This document shows, piece by piece, positions 9,453 through 16,147 of a stretch of DNA of 64,000 nt. The notes under the pieces are model-generated. The model searched no databases and was not told the DNA's origin. It was given only the letters and a program-made list of their open reading frames with translations. Every line of letters starts with the position of its first letter. Within the stretch, counting starts at the first letter, position 1. The stretch is from Bacteroidales bacterium (GTDB lineage: Bacteria > Bacteroidota > Bacteroidia > Bacteroidales > UBA932), in the NCBI GenBank assembly GCA_045617505.1, contig JAZLIS010000103.1, forward strand, positions 41,424 to 105,423. The letters run 5' to 3'. Both the position numbers and the translations under genes were made by a program.

Positions 9453-9937
9453 ATTAGATTCGTATCAGTTGTGATTGTACCCTTCCATATACGCCCACCA
9501 TTATTATAGCATATAACCATAAGGTCTTTGACAACCTGAGCCCTTGGCAATGTCTGCTCAAGAAGAAAATTACTTTCCATAAAGTCAACTGCCTTATAAA
9601 GGAGCAGAAACTTAAAAGCATCAGAATTAGTCATACCATACTCTTGGGCAAACCAGAACGTTCCAATGGACAGGAACTTGGATTTCAGGTCGCGGTTTAT
9701 GGGACTCTCCTCATAGCCCGGAATCTGAATCACCATCCGCTCTCCCATCAATTCGATAAGAGCAGCTGACTCTTCTGCCGAGATTCTTTTTTGCCCGTTT
9801 TCAATCTTGCTGATTCCACTTTTGCTCATTCCCACCAGACGGCCCAACTGTTCTTGAGTCATATTTTTGGACTTGCGGACTGAAGAAATCTTGCTTCCAA
9901 GTATATTCGCCGTATCACAATCAAATTTCTGTTTCAT
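9449..9937 (-). CDS. XRE-family HTH fused to a DUF3791-like C-terminal domain
   Basis: 162 aa. The HTH reads MTQEQLGRLVGMSKSGISKIENGQKRIS. The C-terminal FWFAQEYGMTNSDAFKFLLLYKAVDFMESNFLLEQTLPRAQVVKDLM fits the DUF3791 pattern as I recall it. Confidence 0.7.
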   Translation of the reverse strand: MKQKFDCDTANILGSKISSVRKSKNMTQEQLGRLVGMSKSGISKIENGQKRISAEESAALIELMGERMVIQIPGYEESPINRDLKSKFLSIGTFWFAQEYGMTNSDAFKFLLLYKAVDFMESNFLLEQTLPRAQVVKDLMVICYNNGGRIWKGTITTDTNLI

Positions 9938-9981
9938 AATCCTACAAATCCTACAATACTACAATATGGGACAAATATAAC

Positions 9982-10009
9982 AATAAGTTTCCAAATTTGG
10001 AAACTTATT
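9982..10009. promoter_or_regulatory. perfect 28-bp palindrome AATAAGTTTCCAAATTTGGAAACTTATT (operator and/or terminator)
   Basis: Lies 12 nt after the ATPase stop and directly upstream of a minus-strand TATATTTG -7 box (9979-9972) that precedes the XRE fusion gene. Confidence 0.6.
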
Positions 10010-10020
10010 ACAGAATATAC

Positions 10021-11094
10021 CTACCCCTCCTTTACCCACCTCCCGAAGAATGGGTCCTCCAATTCGTAATGGTCTGTCTTATTGACATATCCGAGCCGGA
10101 CTAATTTCTTCAACGAGCTGAACAGCGTGCTTTGGGCCGTGGTCTTGTCTGAAACAAGTTTCTTCCCGTCAGCAAGAATGGTCAGCACACGTCTGTCCGT
10201 CCGGTTAAATGTTCCCCAGAATCGTTCGTAATCCAAAGTGTGTTCCTGAATCAGCGAAGATATTGCATATTCGACCACATCGTCATACCTGTTCTCGTAT
10301 ATCATCTTATCGTACACCACTGAGGCAAGTTGTTGAGTGTAATATGGGTGCAGCGATGTAAAAGACAATATTCCCTGAGTTATTTCTTCTTTTGAGCAGG
10401 ACTCTGATTCCGGCACGGAGGGGAGTCGTTCGACTATATATGAGTAGAAATCGTTATATGGAATCTTTTTCAGGTTCATCCTTTGACCGAAATGATAGAA
10501 CGGAGATTTCTTCTTTTCAAAGATATCTGTCATCATCGATTCCTGCGAACCCATAAAAATATAGTTGATTCCTTTTTGCCGTTGGATGATGGATCGCAAC
10601 TGCTTGGGAAGTTTCTCATCTATATCACATACTTCCTGGAATTCGTCAAACACCACTATCATCCGCTTATCTTTTCTCGAGACCTTTTCGATTAGCGACA
10701 TCGCGTCTTCCAAAGCAATGAATTTGTCTTCACCATACTGAAAGAATGAGACATCCCAACCGTCATTCACAGGATTGTATGTAAGTCTGGGGGCTATCCT
10801 GAATTGGGACAGCAATAGCCTTATCTTTTCAATGGGGAACAATGAACAGATGGATTTGACAATTTGAGAGGACAAATCATCAACACTCAACACTTTCATC
10901 ATATCAATGGTGATGGCCGGCCGATCCAGTCGGGTAATTGCTTTGTTTATCAAGCTGCTTTTGCCGAATCTCCTTGGCGAAATCAAGACAAGGTGGTTCT
11001 CACTGTCCAATTTATGCAATACCTCTTCCAATTCCTTTACACGGTCAGTAAAGAAATCTTCTTCGACAATGGTTCCGAATTTAAATGGATTCAT
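10021..11094 (-). CDS. AAA/Arch-ATPase-like ATP-binding protein
   Basis: 357 aa with an ATG start. Walker A is SPRRFGKSSL and Walker B is IVVFDEFQ. The N-terminus NPFKFGTIVEEDFFTDR is typical of ATPase_2/DUF234-type proteins. Confidence 0.75.
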   Translation of the reverse strand: MNPFKFGTIVEEDFFTDRVKELEEVLHKLDSENHLVLISPRRFGKSSLINKAITRLDRPAITIDMMKVLSVDDLSSQIVKSICSLFPIEKIRLLLSQFRIAPRLTYNPVNDGWDVSFFQYGEDKFIALEDAMSLIEKVSRKDKRMIVVFDEFQEVCDIDEKLPKQLRSIIQRQKGINYIFMGSQESMMTDIFEKKKSPFYHFGQRMNLKKIPYNDFYSYIVERLPSVPESESCSKEEITQGILSFTSLHPYYTQQLASVVYDKMIYENRYDDVVEYAISSLIQEHTLDYERFWGTFNRTDRRVLTILADGKKLVSDKTTAQSTLFSSLKKLVRLGYVNKTDHYELEDPFFGRWVKEG

Positions 11095-11112
11095 AATCAG
11101 TAATGTAGTGTA

Positions 11113-11167
11113 TTCGAAAATATTCGATACGAAATTTTTCGATTACGAAATTATGAATATTTTCGAA
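11113..11167. promoter_or_regulatory. 13-bp inverted repeat TTCGAAAATATTC / GAATATTTTCGAA upstream of the ATPase gene
   Basis: Arms lie at 11113-11125 and 11155-11167, starting 19 nt upstream of the ATG at 11094. Further CGAAA/TTTCG words occur between the arms. Confidence 0.4.
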
Positions 11168-11424
11168 CATTACAAAAAAACTGATTATTTCATCCGACCA
11201 ACTCATTTGCATCAATATGTAGTACCAAAGCTAGCCTGGTGACTGTGCTGAAATTCGCAGACTACTATTTTTGGATAACCCCATACTCAAGAATGGTGTC
11301 AGAAGCAAGATCAACTCTGTCATTCCAGAAAATACAAGTCCTGATAGAATCAAGTTGTGCGTCAAAGCAGACATAGAGCTTTTAGTCCTGTTGCTTTATC
11401 AACTCTCCTGCATTAAGAAGGATC

Positions 11425-12156
11425 TCACGGCAATTCCTTGAATTCCATTATATCCAGCATGCTGTAGAGAATGCCGTCAATGCTGGATGTCCAGGAATGA
11501 TGGAAGTGTCCGTAGAACCAATGCAACAGCGGATGACCATTCTGCTTCAGGAAGTCCAGTACTCGGTCGATTTCACATCGTTCATACTGACAGTCGACAG
11601 ACAAAGAAGGGTCTTTCTCAAGCCAATAGTCAAGACTGGCTTTTGTTACGAATTCACAAAAGGAAGGGGCTGTATGGGTGATTACCGTGTCGATGCGGCA
11701 CTCTGACGATATCTCCATCAGTTTGTCGGCATTGAAAACCGGTTTCTCGTCTTTCCAATAGCTTATTTCCGCTCTCCTGCTGCTACGGTCTACGCTAACC
11801 GCACCTCCTACGCATAGAATCTGATGGCCACAGGCTTTCAACACTGCATAATCAGGAACACAGCGGAATCTGTCGTGCTGAACCTTCTCGTCATTGAAAT
11901 AGGACGGATCATCGTGATTCCCGCGCAGCATCACCACCCAATTGTTTGAGCGGCTCAATTTGTTAAGCACACGTTTGTAGATGTGCTCATAATACCCCAG
12001 CTTCTCAAAACCGAATCCACAGTCACCCGCTACTATCAGGAGAGTATCAGTCATGCGGTATCTATCACAGAGTCTATAGACCAACTCCGTGAATTCTCCG
12101 TGAATATCGCCAGATATAACTATTGACCTGGCTTCGGCAAACTCAAATGACCTCAT
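11425..12156 (-). CDS. calcineurin-like metallophosphoesterase (lambda-phosphatase/PPP-like motif set)
   Basis: 243 aa. Motifs are SGDIHGEF, VAGDCGFG, RGNHDD, ITHTAP and YGHFHHS. The ATG at 12156 overlaps the upstream stop (ATGA). Confidence 0.8.
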   Translation of the reverse strand: MRSFEFAEARSIVISGDIHGEFTELVYRLCDRYRMTDTLLIVAGDCGFGFEKLGYYEHIYKRVLNKLSRSNNWVVMLRGNHDDPSYFNDEKVQHDRFRCVPDYAVLKACGHQILCVGGAVSVDRSSRRAEISYWKDEKPVFNADKLMEISSECRIDTVITHTAPSFCEFVTKASLDYWLEKDPSLSVDCQYERCEIDRVLDFLKQNGHPLLHWFYGHFHHSWTSSIDGILYSMLDIMEFKELP

Positions 12157-13010
12157 TGCGATCTTATGATTTCGGCCATTCTGGATAAGGCCCTTGATAT
12201 GGTTTCAAACGAACTGGTTCTTGCATAATCAGCGAGATCGTTAAGTAGATAGCTGTCTTCTTCCAGAGCGACTTCGCTGTTTATCAGTGACGAATACAGG
12301 TGTCTGTGCTCCTCGGAAAGAATTGTCTTCATCTCAGACGCGAGCCACTCTGCTCCGGCAACGGTAATATCAAAGGAATCGGCATCCAGGCTGATTTCAT
12401 TTGGAATACCATCTGACTTGAGCGCAAGAGTGATATAGGCATTTTCAAGGAAGAACTGCATGTCGGCAGCATCTTTCCGCGTCCTGAGATGACGATCGTT
12501 CCAAGCATCCAGTTTAATGAGCCACTGCCCGCTCATAGATGCTATCCTGAATGACAGAGTCACGTCAATTGTTATCTGTAATGCATGGCTCATGACATCG
12601 GAGAAACAGCGTACCGACATCACTGGATTACCATCAGGCGGCCATGCGACACGCTCATCAGAGGCAATTGCGCCGAATGGGACGACATCAACCTCGTATA
12701 CAGCGGATGAATCTGGAACCGAGTACAGGAACTTCTGTTTTTCCGGAGCTTTCTTGAACCCCTTTCTCTCAAGTATCGACGTCAGAGCATCGTACTCATC
12801 CCACTGCTCGAGGAACACGGCTACATCAAGATCCATTGTCTGCCTCGGAGCATCCTCCACTCCAAGGGCCTTCAACAATATATCGCGTGCGGCAGCGCCT
12901 ACTACATACAGAGGTGCACCCATTTCATCGTATGCCTGCTTCAATGCCTGCAACGTCCTCAGGATGGCCGGATTGCCTATCTGATTTCCACTGATTCTAT
13001 ACTCTTTCAT
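12153..13010 (-). CDS. nucleotidyltransferase, AbiEii/DUF1814-like
   Basis: 285 aa. It has a pol-beta-type head VVGAAARDILL...DLDVAV, a third acidic strand YEVDVVPFG, and KLDAWNDRHLRTRKDAADM, which resembles the AbiEii K...R...(R/K)DxxD motif. Both gene ends have ATGA overlaps. Confidence 0.6.
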   Translation of the reverse strand: MKEYRISGNQIGNPAILRTLQALKQAYDEMGAPLYVVGAAARDILLKALGVEDAPRQTMDLDVAVFLEQWDEYDALTSILERKGFKKAPEKQKFLYSVPDSSAVYEVDVVPFGAIASDERVAWPPDGNPVMSVRCFSDVMSHALQITIDVTLSFRIASMSGQWLIKLDAWNDRHLRTRKDAADMQFFLENAYITLALKSDGIPNEISLDADSFDITVAGAEWLASEMKTILSEEHRHLYSSLINSEVALEEDSYLLNDLADYARTSSFETISRALSRMAEIIRSQ

Positions 13011-13582
13011 AGCAGTTCCTTTATTCTATCCGCAGTCTCCAGGCATCTGTCCTCATTCAGGGCAAGAAGATCCGCATAGACAACCATCGGAGGGACTCCT
13101 TCACTTAACCAGAATTTTTTGTAGACATAAATCTCCCCGTTCTCGTCAGGGACCATCCTTCCGGTGGAAATGAGCGCGTCAGTCTTTTCGGGGACATAGA
13201 TGTCCCATCTCTCCGGACGGATATAATCTGTCAGCAGGTATGCAGCTGGCTCGCCTCCCCAGCAGATTCCCTGCGGAAGAGAAATGTCTTTCCACTGTTC
13301 GCGCACTGACGGGGCCAGAAAACGAAACTTGCATACCAGATATTTCTGCTTGAGGCCGTCAGCATAGCCTCGCGACCAACGCTCAATCAACTGACGGCGT
13401 TTCCGAACAGCCTTCCCCTTAGAAGTCTCAACAATGTAGCCTGCCTCTGCCAGTTCGTGAAACTTAGTCTGAACTGAGCCCAGAGACATACCTGTATTTT
13501 CAGATATTGTCCTTAACGGCTTATTTACGTTCTCCTTATCCTCCAAAAGGTAGAACAATAGTTTCATCTCAGATTTCTGCAT
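13007..13582 (-). CDS. winged-HTH protein, AbiEi-like putative antitoxin/autoregulator
   Basis: The wHTH-like segment reads LRTISENTGMSLGSVQTKFHELAEAGYIV, and the length (about 190 aa) matches AbiEi. The track start at 13597 is TTG, so I prefer the ATG at 13582 (MQKSEMKLL). Confidence 0.55.
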   Translation of the reverse strand: MQKSEMKLLFYLLEDKENVNKPLRTISENTGMSLGSVQTKFHELAEAGYIVETSKGKAVRKRRQLIERWSRGYADGLKQKYLVCKFRFLAPSVREQWKDISLPQGICWGGEPAAYLLTDYIRPERWDIYVPEKTDALISTGRMVPDENGEIYVYKKFWLSEGVPPMVVYADLLALNEDRCLETADRIKELL

Positions 13583-13603
13583 GTCCGTATAATTCAAGCA
13601 ATG

Positions 13604-13622
13604 TGTTCAAAATTTTTGAACA
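13604..13622. promoter_or_regulatory. 19-bp palindrome TGTTCAAAA-T-TTTTGAACA, candidate operator of the three-gene operon
   Basis: Perfect 9-bp arms, lying 22 nt upstream of the ATG at 13582 and downstream of the predicted promoter. Confidence 0.5.
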
Positions 13623-13648
13623 TTCAAGTAAAATTGAACGCTGATGGG

Positions 13649-13679
13649 CAAAATTAGCTAATATTTAGAATATTACAAA
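13649..13679 (-). promoter_or_regulatory. Bacteroidetes-type promoter TTTG-N19-TAATTTTG for the wHTH/NTase/phosphoesterase operon
   Basis: On the minus strand, TTTG sits at 13679-13676 and TAATTTTG at 13656-13649, with a 19-nt spacer. This matches the TTTG / TAnnTTTG consensus. Confidence 0.55.
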
Positions 13680-13716
13680 TATTTTATCAATTTCAGAATA
13701 CCTTTTCTATCTTTCA

Positions 13717-13786
13717 TACATCCGTTCAAATGTAAAAATACAACATCAGGCGACAATTAAATCCGATAGGATGTAGAAAAGATGTG
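13717..13786 (+). repeat. direct repeat copy 1 (about 70 bp), downstream of hicB
   Basis: Shares about 61 of 70 aligned positions with 14619-14685. The shared 32-bp perfect core is AACATCAGGCGACAATTAAATCCGATAGGATG (13742-13773). Confidence 0.85.
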
Positions 13787-13839
13787 CGTCAACTTTTGAT
13801 GGTTGATTCCGGTTATTGTAGATAATAAGACAGCCTGAT

Positions 13840-14241
13840 TCACAGATGGGCAGCAAGAAGGCATCGCCCGCATTCGTGAAGTGCGGATTCTATTTTTTTC
13901 AGTTGCTTGGCAGAAATATAGGTTTTCCCCTGTCTGTACTGCCTCATCAAGGACGGATTGATACCCGCTCTTGCAGCAAATTTCCCAACATTTATGAAAT
14001 CATAGCAATTGAATAGAGCCGCAAGGTCATATTTGTATTCAAATGTGAGATTCTGAAGTTCCTCGGGAAGACTTTCACCGCCCCCGCTGAATTGTTCACA
14101 CACCTCCCTATAAGTCGATTCAAAATCCTCCTTTGCAATACTTGCGGTTGTCCCCTCTCCCACAATCGTTGATTCAAGATCAGGAGCATATACACTGTAT
14201 GTTCCGTCTTTCCCTTTCTCAATCAGTGCTATCGTTTTCAT
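13840..14241 (-). CDS. hicB: HicB-family antitoxin
   Basis: N-terminal HicB-like fold (KTIALIEKGKDGTYSVYAPDL) plus a C-terminal HTH-like segment. The ATG at 14241 overlaps the hicA stop (TGATG). Confidence 0.75.
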   Translation of the reverse strand: MKTIALIEKGKDGTYSVYAPDLESTIVGEGTTASIAKEDFESTYREVCEQFSGGGESLPEELQNLTFEYKYDLAALFNCYDFINVGKFAARAGINPSLMRQYRQGKTYISAKQLKKIESALHECGRCLLAAHL

Positions 14242-14423
14242 CAAAAACCTATCTGTTTTCTTAATTTGTAATATAGTCCAGGCTTAACTTCTTCTTTATC
14301 ATGTCGTTCCAGGACAAGAACATCATTTCTGTCCGGATGCCTGAAAATGTCGTGCCGAGAACCATGACTCCATAAATACCAGCCATTAGCCATCGCTATC
14401 CTTCTTACCTCACTCCACTTCAT
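14241..14423 (-). CDS. hicA: HicA-family toxin
   Basis: 60 aa counted from the ATG at 14423. MKWSEVRRIAMANGWYLWSHGSRHDIFRHP is the typical HicA/YcfA pattern. The track start at 14435 is TTG. Confidence 0.8.
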   Translation of the reverse strand: MKWSEVRRIAMANGWYLWSHGSRHDIFRHPDRNDVLVLERHDKEEVKPGLYYKLRKQIGF

Positions 14424-14520
14424 CTTTCGCCACAAATATATAATAAAAATGTTATATATTATCCTACAAAGTTAATATTTGCAACTGATTTTGCAGTCCA
14501 AGTATAAGAATTTTCACTCG

Positions 14521-14566
14521 AAAAAAAAAACGTAAATCCTATAACCAGGAACAGATTTACGTTTTT
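14521..14566 (-). terminator. rho-independent terminator (bidirectional shape: A10-stem-T5)
   Basis: Stem CGTAAATC / GATTTACG is extended by A/T pairs. On the minus strand the hairpin is followed by T10, which would end the XRE transcript. Confidence 0.7.
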
Positions 14567-14618
14567 GTGGAAATTTCAGTGTTTCGAAAACCTGCACAAA
14601 ATTGTAACTTTGTAAAAG

Positions 14619-14685
14619 TACATTCGTCAAATGTAAATATAACATCAGGCGACAATTAAATCCGATAGGATGCAGTAAAGACGCG
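14619..14685 (+). repeat. direct repeat copy 2 (about 67 bp), upstream of hicA and inside the 3' UTR of the XRE gene
   Basis: Contains the same 32-bp perfect core at 14641-14672. Confidence 0.85.
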
Positions 14686-14720
14686 TGATATCTCAGAGCC
14701 TATTGATATAAGGAACAATA

Positions 14721-15050
14721 CTATTTCTTACCTCTGCTCTTTGAAGCCCGCTTGCGAATCTTAATTTTTGCCGCCTGCACAGCATTGAAATATTCGTTCG
14801 GGCTCAATTCCTCTTCCTCCACCAAAGGCAAAAGTATATCCATTTTCCCTAAGATCCGAAGCACCCTTACAAACGAATCGAAGGATTTGATTTCCCCCTC
14901 TTCCATTCTTACGATTGAGGATACCGATACACCGGTACTGTCTGCCAAATCTTGCCTGGAAATATTTTGCTTCAACCTGACCCCCTTTAATCTGTCTGAA
15001 ATTCTCTTCACGATTTCAGTATCAGACAGCATATAGAAATTTTCTACCAT
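14721..15050 (-). CDS. XRE-family HTH protein (HipB-like antitoxin architecture)
   Basis: 109 aa with an ATG start. The HTH reads ISRQDLADSTGVSVSSIVRMEEG, followed by a basic C-terminal tail KIRKRASKSRGKK. Confidence 0.75.
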   Translation of the reverse strand: MVENFYMLSDTEIVKRISDRLKGVRLKQNISRQDLADSTGVSVSSIVRMEEGEIKSFDSFVRVLRILGKMDILLPLVEEEELSPNEYFNAVQAAKIKIRKRASKSRGKK

Positions 15051-15104
15051 ATCAAATTTGATAAATTACACAGCAAATATAGTAATTAATTATCAAAATT
15101 GATA
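15051..15104. promoter_or_regulatory. two related palindromes, ATCAAATTTGAT (15051-15062) and TATCAAAATTGATA (15091-15104); candidate XRE operators
   Basis: Both sit directly upstream of the XRE start codon at 15050 and share TCAAA/TTTGA half-sites. Confidence 0.4.
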
Positions 15105-15129
15105 CTTTAAGACCAATAAAAAAAAATCT

Positions 15130-16146
15130 CTATCTCTTAATCAGTCTGTCTATCTTCCAGAAGAGTTTATTGTTTCTCCTCCACTTCCAGAGGGTGCTCT
15201 TGTAGACGGTTTCGGCAATTCCTCTTGGAGACATTCTATATGAATGTTCGCGAGTCCGGGCAAGATTCAGATAACGCCGCCCCCAATAGAAACGATTGTA
15301 TCGGGTGGCTTCTGATGGATTCTGGTCAAAAATATGATAGAGGAAACCGCGCAGCTTTTCAATCATTTCGTCCCGTGAAGGGGCTTCGGGCACGAACACT
15401 TGGGCATTTAAGACCTCCAGACAGGCGGCATCGTCATTGTCAAGCCCCCTTACTCGTTCCACAACTTTTTCCCAGGATTCAAAAGAGTGGCAATTGATGA
15501 ATGAATTCTCGTTGAACGTCTGGTTGATCAAAGGATCTCCCCAATAAATTGGAATAGTTTGGGCAGCAAAAGCCTCAAGTAATTTTTCTGTTGTATATCC
15601 GGGCTGAGAGCAATTCTCGAATGCTATTGCAAACTTATGTTTTTTCTGAAATTCAAGTTTGTCAGTGACAGGTCCTCCGACGTTGTTTCGATATCTTCCT
15701 CCCGATGAAATCTGTTTATATTCAGACAATTTATCAAAAATGATATCACGTTCGGGAGATGCGTTGTTGTTGGATACGACAAAGCTGCAAAAACCTGTCT
15801 TTGAAGATAAATCAACGAGTTTTTTTCTGTTTGAGATTTCCTTATACGAATCTTCATATAGAAGATAAAATGGAAATCTGAAATAACGGTCGCCAAAAAC
15901 AATATGGTCGAAACCTATGGCATAATCACAAAGATTGAAATCAGCGGATTGGTTTTCTCCGGTATAAAAGATTTTTATGCAATCATATTTCAAATGTTCC
16001 TGCCCGAATACCGAAAAGAAGATATAATCCGGCTTATCCGACAGGGTCACATCATATTTCTCATTCAGAATTTTATAGAACAAGGTCTCTTCCGGAAAAA
16101 AAATATCCCAAAAATCTACAAATCCTATTTTAATCTGATTCTTCAT
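15130..16146 (-). CDS. glycosyltransferase family 10 (alpha-1,3-fucosyltransferase-like)
   Basis: 338 aa. HKFAIAFENCSQPGYTTEKLLEAFAAQTIPIYWG matches the GT10 FucT motif. Confidence 0.8.
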   Translation of the reverse strand: MKNQIKIGFVDFWDIFFPEETLFYKILNEKYDVTLSDKPDYIFFSVFGQEHLKYDCIKIFYTGENQSADFNLCDYAIGFDHIVFGDRYFRFPFYLLYEDSYKEISNRKKLVDLSSKTGFCSFVVSNNNASPERDIIFDKLSEYKQISSGGRYRNNVGGPVTDKLEFQKKHKFAIAFENCSQPGYTTEKLLEAFAAQTIPIYWGDPLINQTFNENSFINCHSFESWEKVVERVRGLDNDDAACLEVLNAQVFVPEAPSRDEMIEKLRGFLYHIFDQNPSEATRYNRFYWGRRYLNLARTREHSYRMSPRGIAETVYKSTLWKWRRNNKLFWKIDRLIKR

Positions 16147-16147
16147 A

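Noticed and set aside
11243-11424. Open frames on both strands downstream of the phosphoesterase gene, considered as a transposase or integrase remnant that could explain the island.
   Set aside because: I recognised no DDE, tyrosine-recombinase or serine-recombinase motif. Only the 47-codon hydrophobic ORF is reported, at low confidence.
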